The notes beneath the pieces were generated by a model. It saw nothing but the letters and a program-made list of their open reading frames with translations, was not told the origin of the DNA and did no database searches. This document shows, in pieces, positions 14,863 through 63,251 of a stretch of 64,000 bases of DNA; within the stretch, counting starts at the first letter, position 1, and each line of letters starts with the position of its first letter. Position numbers and translations under genes: made by a program. The DNA is from the human T2T-CHM13v2.0 reference genome, Homo sapiens, in NCBI RefSeq assembly GCF_009914755.1, contig NC_060935.1, one strand, 5' to 3'.

Positions 14863-14966
14863 GACTAGTCAAGTGCAATAGTGAGAAGAAGGGAACAAGT
14901 AGAGCAAAGAGTTCAGTCTATAACTGTGAACAATCAGTTGTGATAATTCACTATCTTCGGACCAGC
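14863..14966 (-). pseudogene. Y1 RNA (RNY1)-derived pseudogene
   Basis: Reverse complement GCTGGTCCGAAGATAGTGAATTATCACAACTGATTGTTCACAG...TGCACTTGACTAGTC plus oligo-T matches the recalled hY1 sequence with substitutions and a 4-nt deletion. Confidence 0.92.
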
Positions 14967-16052
14967 TTTACACTTTTCTGATTATTGGAATACTCCAATC
15001 TCTCCTTTTAATTGTTTTATCTGTTTAAAAAAACTCTTTTAAAAAGTTGAAGATGAGAGGATCTTGTCTTTAATTATCCAGAAGTTTCTAAAATTAATGA
15101 AACAACATGATTAGCCTTCCATTAATATTAGGGCATTTATTAAGAGAATACAATCATGTTACAAAAGTGCAGGTTTATATTGAGTGGGGTGTTACCTTAG
15201 AAGTTCTCTGTGATTCTCCATTTGTGGTCATTTCAGGCTCTTTTGGCCCATGAGACCTGCGTGTTCTTTTGCAAATGAGGAAACAGGTTCAGAGTAGTAG
15301 CTTTATCTTAGGATCTCATAGCTGCTAAATTGCAGAGTTTGGACTTGAACTCCTAGCAAGTAAATATATCTTAAGTAGCTTTGTATTATGTTTCTCTTAG
15401 TGCATTTATAAATGCAAATATGTGATAATTTTTTTTACAGCCACTAGGAAAACCCACTTTGTAAGTAAGCCTAAGTGAATTCCTTGAAAATAATGGTGAT
15501 ACATGGTACTCAGCATTTTGCTGATCTTCAGAAAGATTGCTTCTTTAACTTGAGTCAAAAGATAAGGTGTGTTTTGAACAAAATAGCTAGCTACGACTGC
15601 TAGGTGCTATTTCCTAAAGCAGCTCAAGAACAGTGAAAATAAATGTAAATTACCTTTCACAGTCCTGTCGTCCCCTTCCCCAAGTGTGTGGGAATGCTAA
15701 TGCTGCAGCTTTTCTCATATTGCAGTGGTGCAGCTACTTTTCAACAGATGACAGGCGCTTGTAGATATCTTGCTGTGTAGCAGGAATCTGAACAGCATGC
15801 TCTGGAAGGATTGTCAGCATTCCTTTCATGGCTTTTGCTTTTCTAGTTGCTTCTGGCCACTCTGGCAGGACTGTGGAAGATAGGACAAGTCTGAACTTCC
15901 CTTAAAAGAACTCTCATTTTTATTGGCTTTGCCAATAAGTTTGTAGGGTGAAGTGTATTGGTTGAATGGGGAAGCCAAGAATACATTTCTTTTCAAATTA
16001 GTGCGGCTTTCCTTTGAGCCAGAGGCAGAGTTTAAAAATATTTAGTGCTTGT

Positions 16053-16494
16053 CATATACACCATGGAATACTATGCAGCCATAAAAAATGATGAGTTCAT
16101 GTCCTTTGTAGGGACATGGATGAAGCTGGAAACCATCATTCTCAGCAAACTATCGCAAGGACAAAAAACCAAACACCGCATGCTCTCATAGGTGGGAATT
16201 GAACAATGAGAACACATGGACACAGGAAGGGGAACATCACACACCGGGGACTGTTGTGGGGTGGGGGGAGGGGGGAGGGATAGCATTAGGAGATATACCT
16301 AATCCTAAATGACGAGTTAATGGGTGCAGCACACCAACATGGCACATGTATACATATGTAACAAACCTGCACATTGTGCACATATACCCTAAAACTTAAA
16401 GTATAATAATAATAAAATTAAAAAAATTTGAAAATAAATATCAAAATGCACAATAAGAAAATAAAATGAGTCTCTTGTTGGCAGCAAAAAAAAA
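16053..16494 (+). mobile_element. 5'-truncated L1PA 3' end with a 3'-transduced tail
   Basis: L1 ORF2 end and 3' UTR (G-rich tract, ...CTTAAAGTATAATAA); TSD ATATTTAGTGCTTGT at 16038-16052 and 16498-16512. Confidence 0.93.
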
Positions 16495-18066
16495 TATATA
16501 TTTAGTGCTTGTGAAGTTTTTGGTGGCATTATGCTAAGTTGTGGGAATTGTTTTTTTTTCCCCTAGGAGGAAAATTGTGTAAGTCATTATAGTAGTATAA
16601 AATCACTTGTTAATAGCTTTGAAAGAAGCCGCTTCATTCTACAACTCTCTTAGCAAGCAATCTTTATTCTGTTAGGCTTGAGGAGAATTAAGCCTAACAG
16701 AATATTTATTTTCTGCTATTTGGTGGTGACAGATTAGCTGTTTAGGCTTTGGTAGGGCAGATGTCTTGATAACTGAAGGAAGTACATCATTCTGGGTTTT
16801 TTTTAGGGTTGAACTCATCCCAGGCTCTAATTTCTCAATTGTTAGAGGGAAAACTGCTTAATATCTTTCCCTGTCTTACATGCATATGTACACCTATGGA
16901 AAACTTTCTGGTGCCTGGTACCTAGTAGGCCCTTAATAAATATTTGTTGAATAAATTTTTACATAAGAAAAAAATAAAGCTCAAAGAATTAGCTGATCTA
17001 GGTATGTTCTCAGTATACTATTTAATATATATTGAGTATGTAATTGTCATTAATACCTACTTGTTAGGAAGTATATTGATGCAGAATTATTCTTCATATC
17101 TCCCATATGAGGTTATTGACATCAAACCGTTTTATTTATTTATTTTTTTTAAGAGATGGGGTCTTCTGTGTTGCCCAGGCTGACCTTGAACTCCTGGGCT
17201 CAAGTGATCCCTCTGTCTCAGCCTTCAAGAGTAGCTGGGACCATTCATTTGAACTTCAATGCTCTGTAGTTTTAATTAGGCTTTTTGTCACTGAAATCTT
17301 GAAATAGTCTCAAACCTGAAGTAGATTATAATGAAAGTAACCATATAATTTATTGTGCAAACTGAGACACTTCTGAGAAATCAATCAAAATTAAGTTGGA
17401 GCAGCATGTATAAACCAGGCTTGTTCTAGGCAAACTAGGACATATGATCCCTGTTTGTTTTTATTTTTCAAAGTAAATGTTTTATCGAAATATAATAAAT
17501 TCAGAAAGTCCATATATTCGAAGTGGACAGCTTGATGAATTTTTAAAAAATGAGCCTCCCAGATCAAGAAATAGAAATAGAACATCACCAGAATCCCAGA
17601 AGTCTCCTTCATGTTACCTTCTGGTCACTCCCTCTTCTTCCCTGCAAGACTTTTGGCCGTAGATGTTTTGCCTAGTTTGAACTTTATATAAATGGCATCA
17701 TATAGTAGTACACACTTTTTTACCTGGCCTTACTAGCTCAACGCTCCCTTTGTGAGATCCCTCCACATGTGTTTTAGCGATCGTTCCTTCATTTTTATTG
17801 TTTTTAAATATTTCATCATATGCATATACCACACTGTATATGTTATATTGTTGATGAACACTTGGGTTTTATTTTGGGCCAACAAAAATGGTGCTGTTAT
17901 AACCATACTTGCTTGTTCTTTTGATGAACATATGTACTTATTTCTATTGGGTATATAATCAAGAGTGGAATTGCTAGGTCCTATGATATGTGAATGTTCA
18001 GCTTTAGTGGGTAGTACCATCTCCTAAGTATCATATCAACCTGTACTTCCTCCAGCAGTAAGATGA

Positions 18067-18484
<418 letters not shown>

Positions 18485-19312
18485 CAATCCTTTTTTGTAA
18501 TGCCCATTTGTATACTTTCTTTTCTTGTTTGTTCAAGCCTTTCCCATTTTTCTATTGGTTTATCTCTCATTGATTTGGAATTTACATATTTATGTATTCT
18601 AGATATTAATGTTTTCATTATATATATATTACAAATATCTTTTACTCTGGTTTGCCTTTTCTCTTTATTGTTAATGTCTTGGGATAAACTTCATTTTAGT
18701 TTTGTCCAGTTTAGCAATATTTTCCTTTTTATGTTCTGTTTAAGAAATGACTGCATGAAAGTCATGGAAATGGTCCTCCTCTGTAATCTTGTAGAAGCAT
18801 AATTGTTTTACCTTTCACATTTAGATCTCCAGTTTATCTGAATTTCTGTGTATAGTGTGAGATAGAGTTCAAAATTTCATTTTTTCTATATGGATAATTG
18901 ACTCTGCACCATTCTCTTCTTGTCCCAATACCACATTCCTGTAGCTTTATAATACATCTCAATATATGGTAATGTAAGTTCTCCATCTTTGTTATTTATG
19001 TTTGTCTTGGCTAATCTTGGCCCTTTGTATTTCCATAAACATTTTAAAGTCTCAGTTTCCATATTAAAAAAACAGCGTAGATTTTGATTGGGATTATATT
19101 GACTTTAAGGATGGTAAATTGACATCTTCAGTCTTCCAATCTAGGAATATAGTATATGTCTCCACTTATTTAGGTGTTGTTTAATTTCTGTCAGTATTTA
19201 GTAGGTTTTAGAATAGAGGTCTTATATATCTTTTCTATCCTTTTCCAATTCTTGATGGTTTTTTAAAAAATAATTTATTGAGATGAGATTCACATAATAT
19301 AAAATAACCATT

Positions 19313-19709
19313 TGTGTCTGTTTTGTGCTGCTATAACAAAATATCTTAGACTGGGTAATCTATAAAGAACAGAAATTTATTTCTCACCATTCTGGAGGCT
19401 GGGAAGTTCAAGATCAAAATGTACCAATTGTTTTGGTTGTCTGATGAGAGCTGCTCCCTGCTTCTAAGATGGCACGTTGTTGAACCCTCTATGGGAAAGG
19501 AATGTTGTGTCCTCACCTGGCAGAAGGCAGAAAGAAAAGCAAGAGAGCAAACTAGCACAATGTTGAGTGAAGCCACTTTTATGAGGCCCTTAATCCCATT
19601 GATGAGGAAGGAGCCCTCCTGCCCTTATCTCCTCTTAAAGAACCCTTCTCTTAATAGTATCACATTGGCAAAATCTGAATTTTGGAGGGGACACATTCAA
19701 ATCATAGCA
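19313..19709 (-). mobile_element. MSTC/MSTD-like MaLR solo LTR
   Basis: TG...CA ends with 5-bp TSD CCATT (19308-19312, 19710-19714); inserted in an older L1M. Confidence 0.85.
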
Positions 19710-20130
19710 CCATTTAAGTGAGCAATTCAGTGGCATTTAGTACATTCAGTGTTGTGCAACTGCCACCTCTATCTAGTTCCAAAACATTTCATCATTCGAA
19801 AGTAAAACTCCTTAAGCAGTTTCTCTATACTCAACTATTCCCCTATGCCACAGGCACAGGCAACTACCAGTTTGCATTCTGTCTCTGTATATGTATCTGT
19901 TATGGATATTTCATATGAAAGGAATCATATAGTATGTGACCTTTTGTGTCTGACTTCTTTCATTTGATATATTTTTGAGGTTCATCCATGTTGTAGTAAG
20001 TATCAGAACTTTGTTCTTTTTTATGGCTCAGTAGTATTCCATTGTATGTATAAACCACAATTTGTTTATTCATTTGCTGATTGACATGTGGGCTATTTGT
20101 GCCACTTGGCTATCGTGAGCAGTGCTGCTA

Positions 20131-20652
20131 TAGATTGAGTATCCCTAATCCAAAAAATCTGAAATTCAGAATGCTCCAAAATTCAAAACTTTTGACCGGG
20201 TGTGGTGGCTCATGCCAGTAATCCTAGCACTTTGGGAGGCCAAAGTGGGTGGATCACTTGAGGTCAGGAGTTCAAGACCAGCCTGGCCAACATGGAGAAA
20301 CCCCATCTCTACTAAAAATACAAAAATTAGCTGGGCGTGGTGGCGGGCACCTGTAGTCCCAGCTACTCGAAGGCTGAGGCAGGAGACTCACTTGAACCCA
20401 GGAGGTAAAGGATGCAGTGAGCCGAGATTGTGTCACTGCACTTCAGCCTGGGTGACAGAGTGAGACTTTCTCCAGAAGGAAAAACTTTTAAGCACCAACA
20501 TGATGCTCAAAGGAAATGCTTCCAGATTTCATATGTTCAGATTGGGGATGTTCAACCAGTAAGCATAATGCAAATATTCCAAATTTGAAAAAAATCTGAA
20601 CAATGAAATGCTTCTGGTCCAAAGCATTTCGGATAGGGGATACTTAACCTTA
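20131..20652. mobile_element. Tigger4/MER46-like element split by an Alu
   Basis: Inverted ends gattgagtatccct ... ggggatacttaacc; Alu inserted at a duplicated aaaactttt. Confidence 0.75.
20196..20480 (+). mobile_element. AluS
   Basis: Sense Alu inside the Tigger relic. Confidence 0.9.
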
Positions 20653-21404
20653 CAAACCTGTGTCAACTTGTTTGAGAACCTGTTTTCAGTTTTTTGGTAT
20701 GTTTACCTAGGAGTGGAATTGCTGGGTCATATGATAATTCTGTTTAACTTTTTAAGGAACTGCCAAACGTTTTTCCACAGCAGCTGAGCTATTTTACAGT
20801 CTCACCAACAGTGTATGATTGTTCTGATTTTTGTACGTCTTCACCAACACTTATTTTTTTCTGTAATTTTGGTGTTCTATACTGTTTTAAGTGGTATAAT
20901 TTTGAGTTTAAAATTTTTCACTATTTCTTATTGGTATACAGAAATACATTTTTTCTCCATATAAACCTTGTAATCAGGTGACATTAAATTCGCTTGGGGG
21001 CTATTAATTTTAATAGTCTATTTATTTACTGGATTTTGTACTTACACCTGAATTTCCATTTTCTAAATGCTTTCATATTATTTGTTTCCTTTTTTAGTAA
21101 TTATATTATGGATGCAGCAGTCTTGTGAACAACTTAGAGAATATAGGAATTTAAGTTTTCTTAAAATTTTTCCTTAGTTTCCTTTGTAGTTCTATTGCTT
21201 TTCATTTTGGTCTTTCTTTATTTTGTAGGTATTTTTCAAATATCTGGTGATCCGTGGTTATCTGTTTGTATTTATAATGGAATAGGGTGGTTGGTTTTGG
21301 TAGCTGATAGTGGCTTCCTCTAGTTTTTTGAGGTCTGTTTTCTCAAAAGAGCTTTTCCACAGATGGTATGATTGAGAACTCTGCGTGAGTTTCCTTTAAG
21401 GTGG

Positions 21405-21602
21405 GGATATCCAAGCTTTTGGCTTCCCTGGGCCACATTGGAAGAAGAATTATCTTGGGCCACACATAAAATACACTGACACTAACAACAGCTAATGAGC
21501 TTAAAAAAAATCACAAAAAAGCTAATGATGTTTTAAGAAAGTTTATGAATTTGTGTTGGGCTGCATTCAAAGCCATCCTGGGCCATGGGTTGGACAAGCT
21601 TG
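21405..21602. mobile_element. MER30-like hAT relic
   Basis: cttttggcttccctgggccacattggaagaagaatt...gggttggacaagcttg. Confidence 0.85.
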
Positions 21603-23072
21603 CATTAAGGCCGGCAGCAGAGGCTGAGGACTTAAAATGTATTCTGAGCGCTATAAATGCTTTTTTCTTTTGTTTGTTTTTGTTTGCTCTCTCCTGATCC
21701 ACTGCCTCCTCCACCTTCGTTTGTGGATGTTTGGAGCAACCATCAGGCTCAATTCCAGTTCTCTTTTGTCCCTAGTACCCATGCTGGATGCTCTTCTCAA
21801 TCAGATCTAGATACTAAGCCTGGGAGCCAAAGTTTATGCAGAAAGTAAGACTGTCATGAGTAGCTCTGCTGTTCTGTGAGCAATCTTTAATTATCTTGAT
21901 TTCCTTATGATTTAGTCCAGCTTTTGGATCCTGACCTTGATGTTTTCTCCCAGGTTCCATTTAGGAGATTGGTAAAAAGAGCTCTTGCCTCATTATAGTC
22001 CTTTCCTGTCCTTGTTTTGCTTGGGTTGCTGTTTCTTCTGGTATGGCTATTCTACCAATTCAGTCTTATCTGTTTCTTCTAGAAATTCTTCTGTTTCTTT
22101 TCTTTCTTCCTTTTTGTTTGACTTGGTTTAATGGAGCTATTTTTTCCAGGTTGTTATGAACATATATTTTTTAATTATGAAAAATTTGGACATAAATCAC
22201 ATGTATCTACTCCCCAGCTTAAATAAAACATAAATACAATTCAAGCTCCTTATTCTCTCTCTGGTTGTATTGCACTCCCTCTCATGCATCTATTAATATT
22301 TTTCCATCTGTATGCATTGCTAAACAATACAGAGCATTGTTTTGAATGTGTTAGAGCTTTTTGTAGTGACATAATACATGAATTCTTCTGCACCTTGTTT
22401 TTATTTTTTCTTTCATTATGGTTGTTTTCTTAATATGTCTTTTCTGCTGTTTTAGAGGAATTTGGGTAGAGAAGATAAGTCAGCTCATGTATTTCTTACT
22501 CTAACTTTTTAAAAGGGGAGATTTAAGCACCTTTTGGATATACTGTCACTAAGAGACACGTAGTAGAAAGGGCTCGGTGTCACCTCTTCTTGTTTCAATT
22601 GGTGTTGATACGCGAATATGACACCTCCAGTGTTACACAAGCTAGGTAATTGAGTCTTGCTGCTGACCTGTATTTGGTGTTATAAATCCCTTTGGAGTCA
22701 GAGAAACCATTCATTTGTGTTTAGGGTATAACTGAGGTTGAATGAAGATTTGAGTTCTTATTGCTGGAAGGAATTTTTAGACATCCTTTAGTACAAATTG
22801 TACCAAAGAAACTCAAGTCCAGAGAACGTGAGTGACTTGTCTGAGGTGATCCAAGGGAAAAACACAGGGTTAAAAATAAGCTATAGTTCTCATTCTTCTT
22901 TCCACTTTACTATAATGAACTTGAGGTTAGAGTCCTCTCTTGTTAATGTTCTATTTTGACTTTTGTCTGCTTTTTAAAATACTTATTTGAATACCAAGAG
23001 ATTTTTAGTATGAAAGAATGATGGTGAATCCTTAAACTAATGCTTATTTGCCATGTTTTTCTTAGGATCAAA

Positions 23073-57078
<34,006 letters not shown>

Positions 57079-60000
57079 AGACCAAGGATTCAGCATTAGA
57101 ACATCTATACATATGGTGATCTAAATGTACAAAATGTAAAATGTATAAGTCATCTCACTTTTTGTCAAGACATTAAACCATCTTAGATCGGAGTGTGAAG
57201 TAAATTATGGTATATTTTATGTAACATTTTAATGTTTATGCTCATAAAACTTAGTGAACACACTGTGTTATGCCAGCTCAAATCTACAGTAGCCACCAAA
57301 ACCATGACTTAATATTTTGAGCCCTAGAAGAAAGGGGTGTGCTGAGGACAAGAGTGGGGAAATAGGAACACTGACCAGTATAACTGTGCAATTCTGGAAC
57401 ATATTAATTAAAATAATATGCCTTAACATATAGTGAATTTCTAATTCTAATGTTCAGTGCAATGGAAGACATTTATTTGGACAGTAATACTAGCAAAGTT
57501 GGTAGATATTTGATTCTTCATTTTTTGTTTTTTTCATTAGTTGAAGTGGGTTTTAGTTTTGTTTAAAATTATAACCAGCGTATTTTCACATCATTCTGTA
57601 AGTTAAATGATATCAAACATGAAAGAGATGTTCTCATTTTTCTTTTTCTGATTAAACGTCTGATGCATATCATTTTTCTATAAGTAATCAGTTGCTTTTA
57701 AAATCAGAAGGCTATATTATTCTAATGACCCTATTCGATCTAAATGGGTTTGAGAATCCATATCAGCAACATACGTGTTTTTTGACAGAAAGTGAAAACA
57801 AATTCCGTAAAACTGTTAGTATCAAAAAGAATAGGAATACAGTTTTCTTTTCCACATTATGATCAAATAAAAATCTTGTGAGATTGTTTATGTTTTGAAG
57901 CAGGAGGATTTCTTGAGATTTGATGGAAGTGGGAGTTGGGAAGGATTCACCATACTTGTGTTCTCCTCCCTTTATAAATTTTATTCATAGGACTTTTAAA
58001 AGGCTTGTGCTATCTTTCCAGTGAAAACTGAAAGTGCATTATTATGGAAGAATGTATTTGCAGGTAGTAATAGCATTAAAAAATATACTCGTGTGTAAAC
58101 ACATACTAATTTTGACCTTGAAAGATGAATTCCTTCAAGAAAAATAAAATAATGCTTAAGATAATGTGTACGAAATTAAATAAAGGACTTTATTTACATA
58201 CTACATAAGGTAGCAAACTGTTGAATGAGTTTGAAGGTATCACTTATTTTTTATGCATGTGGTTTTAGCTTTAGAAAGAAATGCGTTATAGAAACAAGTA
58301 ATAGCAAGAAAATTGATGTATATTTTAATGATACATTAAAATTCCCTTTTAATCATAATAGTTAACTCTACTTACTGTTTTAACATACATTTGATTTAAC
58401 AAATTGTTCAGCATAACACTTCTAATTAAGTTTATCAAGTTGTACTGTATTAGATAATCAGCAGTGTATCTGGAGTATGTTTAAAGAGAACAGTTCGCAA
58501 TACAAAAAGTTACATGGAGCTTTACATCTTAACTTTCTTTGTCAATTTAAATGCAATGTATAAAAAGTTTATTTTGCTATTGTGAAAAACTAAATGTAAA
58601 GGAAATCACCTACTTTCATGCAGGTGTATAATCTTGAAAAGGAAAAATGCTTCCATGTTGAAGCCAGATTTTCTGTAGTAAAACTTTTAAATATTATTTT
58701 AAAAGAAATATGTATATAAATATCTCTATATTCTTTGGAATGATACTAAAGTCTCTGGTCTAGGACCATACCTTATATAAAGGTATAAGAGACCATGACA
58801 ATGTCTGAAAATGGAATAGATAATGATGCCTTTTATTTAAAGTGGCCCACATAATATACATTGAGTACTCCATCTCTCCAAATGTATTTCCATAATGTGT
58901 TGAAAACATGCTAACATTTGTATGATTTTTATACTTCTGCCGAATAGACTTAGAATCAGATGAATTGTCTGTGTGTCTTGCAAAAGAGTTGGGGACAACT
59001 TGGGCAGGCCTATGAAGTGCATAGGGAGTGTATGTCTTCTGAATGGTTTTATTGTTCTTGTAATCTAGCTTAAAGAAATGTTAACTGGGAGGGTGCTGAG
59101 GCCACTCACTGCATTAATTTTGTGTGTTTAGAGTTCTGTTGTCAAAAGAAAACTAATGAATAAATTAGTTTGTCATTCTAGAATTTAAAGTTCTAAGATT
59201 AGTATAAAGAGTATATAGATTGTTAATCCCCACCAGCTAGACTTTGAACTTAAGTCAGACTTAAAGATTTGAGAAATTATTTGTGTCATTTACTAGACGT
59301 GATTTTTAGTTCTGTTTGATTATATTTCCTACACAAACTTCTTATTTAACAGGATAGCCTACTAAATTAAATGTTTCTTATTTCACTTAACTCATTTGAT
59401 TAAACTGTATTCTAAAACATTTGGGGTTTTTCCCCCTATTCAGTTTTAATCTTGGAATATGCATTTGTAAATTGTGATGTCATTGAGACTATATTTATAT
59501 TTGACTTGGCAACATTAACATGTCCTAAGACTTAGTGCAGAGAAGCTTGGCAGTACGTTCTTTGACTTAAGGATGGCATAAAATAATCATTTTTGAACCT
59601 GTGTAATAAAGCTTGAAAGCAGGGAAAAGAATTTCCTTTTCCCCCTTTTTTGTGTTGTCTATAGGAATTAACTTGGGATTGTTTTGTGGGTTTTTGTTTG
59701 TTTTAAATGTAAATTGAGAATCTTTTATAAGAAATAAAAGCATTATTGGGTGCCTTTGTTTGTAAACCAAAAAGTAATAAATGAATCCCTATATTTCCAT
59801 TATAGTATTTATTGTATTTTTATGTTCTGAAAATTACCCATGGAACAATATGCTTAGGATTACAGGAAGCAGTCCTTACTTACACTTCTTGTCTGTTTTA
59901 GGTGTACTTGTTAATTCTTATGTCCTAATTTTATTTAATTCTGAGTTCCTTACACAGCATTTTAGGGAAAGAATACAGGCAGGATGACACTTTGTGTTAA

Positions 60001-60650
60001 AGTGTTATTTTTATGTATTACCTGGAATGAGGCAGGTTTTTTTCTGTTTTCTAAAAAGAGTAACCAAGATACCTCCAGGGTGTCATTGGGTTCCAGCTGC
60101 TCTCCTCCACATTGAATGATATCTTGTTAATTTATAGGCACATTTGTGGTAATTTATATGTCTATAGAGTAAGTATAAGAGATAATTCATTAGTAATAGG
60201 AATTAACTGACCCCTTTTGGATGGGGGAGAGCATCAGGCTGGGGTCAGGTAAGTGTAAATGGCCTTCTGAGCATGCTCTTCTAGGCTGACTCCCAGCCCT
60301 GACTTGAAACCATTAGCGCTAACTTGCTCTGTTTTGAGAAAAACTTTCCAAACTTTTGCATGAGAAACTAGAAAAAGGAATGTATGCCACGTAACTGGAT
60401 TACAGAAATGAGTTAATTGTCTCTGTGATAAAAAAAAAAAATGAAATATTTTCTTATTGAATTAATATTTTTGTCTTGAAGCATTTTCTAGTGATAGAAT
60501 GTATTTGTCTTTTTTCCTGGTGGTACCCTCTTAGCATATATCTTTGCTATCCTTAAGATCCTAAACAAATCATCTTTGTCAGTTAAGTATAGTTGCGCAA
60601 AAATTGTTAAATCCTTTGTCTTTATTAAAGAAAAATTTGAGTAACATTAA
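57079..60650 (+). other. FAR1: FAR1 3' UTR (approximate distal end)
   Basis: AT-rich stretch after the stop with no recognisable interspersed repeat and several AATAAA; ATTAAA at 60624-60629 is followed by GT/T-rich sequence. Confidence 0.7.
60624..60629 (+). terminator. Probable distal polyadenylation signal ATTAAA
   Basis: ATTAAA with downstream gtttgatgtg; fits the recalled ~3.6 kb UTR length. Confidence 0.6.
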
Positions 60651-62248
60651 GTTTGATGTGCTCCTTTGCAAGTTGATGTCTCTAAAATTCATTTATTTAG
60701 AAAAACATGAAGTGGTAAGTATAAGTTTAATGTCTTTACCGTGGGCCTGAACTCAGAGAAATAAGGATATAATTGTTTTTTGGCCTGAGATCACAGATGA
60801 TAGCTATGATACCTGTAATTTTATACAAGGGGGAAGGGAGACAATCAAGATTTTTCTGAATTCATTTGTTTAAAACAAAGTTAACATTCCTAGTTATTGT
60901 CTTCAAAATACTTTTCTCCTCTAGACATTTAATTTTCATTTTTAAAGTTCCATGAAGTTGAATTAGGTGTCTTCCAAAGATGCTTTGGAGGCAGAATTCC
61001 TTTATTTTCTGCTGTTGTACAGTAAATTCTTTCTCTCTCATATAAATCTAGAGAGCTTCCTTTCACTTGTTTTGAGCAAGGTGTAACTAGAAAGTGTTAG
61101 GTTGAGCCGTATAAAAATGCTAATATGTCTTTGACCTGTAAGAAATTTCATATGGCTCAGTCTAGTATTATAGCTGCCTTTTTTTCTTTTGTTTCTAACA
61201 AACACACCTGAACCTAAACAGATGGGTGTAGTTTTATTAAAGTAGTCATCCAGATTGTTTATCAGTATTTAGTTGTTTGACATTTAATACCTAACTTTCT
61301 GCTTTATGTCACATCTTTAACAGGTTCTTGTCATTTCCCCTAACTTCTGCCAAGTTGGTTGTTGGTTTCTTGAGAGTGAAACCAGCATTGCACATTTTAT
61401 GTTATAAAAACAACACTAATAACATTTGTTAAGTTCTTACAATGTGCCAAGCACTACTATAAGCATTTTACATGTAATAACCCACTTATGCCCTCTGTGT
61501 TTGTAAGTGTGATAACTAAGGTGTATGATGTTAATAAAGTACCCCAGGTTACACTGCTAGTAGCAGAGCCGAGACTTGAACTCAGACTAGTTCCAAAGCC
61601 CACTCTCCAGTCCATTATACTGTACTGTCTTTCACCATAGGAATACAGATATTTCTGGACTATTCAGAGGTTACCTGACTTGTACTAAATGTCTTTGCTG
61701 ACTTCATTTCAAAAACCCAGCATTCATCCATTCAACAAATTTTGAGTGCCTGTTATGATTTAGGCACTGTGTCTTATATTGCAATTATTGCAATTATCTA
61801 TCACATACCAAACTAACCTGCTCAGTGGCCCAGTCCTGAATATGACACACTGCCTTCCCTTAGGATTTTGTGATTTGATATAGATAAATAAGCAGATAAT
61901 TTTAATATGTAATGACAGGTAAGAACAAAATACTAAGGGCACAGAGCGATTTCTTGCTTATTTCGAGAAAGCTCATACAAACTACTTTTGAATTATGGTT
62001 TTATGTCAGATTGGTGGGATGCTCGGGTAGGGAAGCATCCAGGTTTCAGGAAGAGCATTTGCAAAGGCTGGGAGGTATAAGGAACCGAGAGGAAATGTTT
62101 TGGTGCTAAAGGAGAGGATGGCTAAAGAAAGATGAGGCTGTAGAGATTGCTGGGCCATCTGAGGGCCTTCAGACGCTCAGAATGCACTATAGGCTGTGGA
62201 ATGGCTATTGCAAAAACACTAAGAAGGTTTTCCTAGCCAAAGCACATC

Positions 62249-62783
62249 TGTTACTGGAAAAGGGGTCCCAATCCAGACCCCAAGAGAGGGTTCTTGAATC
62301 TCGTACAAGAAAGAATTCTTGGTGAATCCATAAAGTGAAAGCAAGTTTATTAGGAATGAAGAATGGCTACTCCATAGGTAGAGCAGCCCCAAGGGCTGCT
62401 GATTGCCCATTTTTATGGTTATTTCTTGATTATATGCTAAACAAAGAATGGATTATCCATGCCTCCCCTTTTTAGACCATATAGGTTAACTTCCTGATTT
62501 TGCCATGGCATTCGTAAACTGTCATGGCCCTGGTGGGATTGTAGCAGTGAGGATGACCAGAGGTCACTCGCATCACCATCTTCGTTTTGGTAGGTTTTAG
62601 CTGACTTCTTTACTGCAACCAGTTTTATCAGCAAGGTCTTTATGTCCTGTATCTTGTTCTGACCTCCTATCTCATCCTGTGAGTTAGAATGCCTAATTTG
62701 GGAATGCAGCCCAGCAGGTCTCAGCCTTATTTTACCCAGTCCCTATTCAAGATGGAGTTGCTCTGGTTCAGATATCTCTGACA
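62249..62783 (-). mobile_element. MER41 (MER41A-like) ERV1 solo LTR
   Basis: tgttactggaaaaggggtcccaatccagaccccaagagagggttcttg...gagttgctctggttcagatatctctgaca; flanks catc/tatc. Confidence 0.88.
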
Positions 62784-62956
62784 TATCCAATTTCTCTTAA
62801 ATATGAGTAGATTTTGTACTTTAAATGAACAGACTTTTAAATATATTTTCTAAATGAAAATTTAAGAGAAAAAAAAATACTGGTATAGTGTCACTCGTTT
62901 TTTGAGAATACAGACCATATCAGTGTTTAAACAACCAGTCTCTGTTTTTCAGTTTT

Positions 62957-63144
62957 CTATGATTCTCAAAGTGCAATCCCCAGACCAGAGGAGTCAGCAT
63001 GGGCATCACATGGGAATTCATTGGAAATGCAAATTTCGGACCCCACCCCAGATCTATTGAGTCAGAAACTGGGGTGGAGCTCAGCAATCTATTTTAACAA
63101 GTCCTCCAGGTATTTCTGATGCACACTAAGATTGGAGAACCACT
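62957..63144. mobile_element. MER5A-like relic
   Basis: gattctcaaagtg...aaatgcaaatt...ccccaccccaga...gagaaccactg. Confidence 0.75.
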
Positions 63145-63251
63145 GGTCTAAGAGTCAGTCTTCATGCCATACCAACACGATCTAAGTGGAATGCTTTTCT
63201 GGGGTTTTGGGACAGGGTCAAGTAAGCACCATTTAAAAATCAACGTTTAAT

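Noticed and set aside
14863-14966. Functional Y RNA gene
   Set aside because: Multiple substitutions, a deletion and no recognisable upstream PSE/TATA promoter; it is a retrocopy.
62440-62500. MER41 as an interferon-gamma/STAT1 enhancer for FAR1
   Set aside because: This copy reads attatccatgcctcccctttt and lacks the tandem GAS (TTCCGGGAA) segment of MER41B, so it is MER41A-like.
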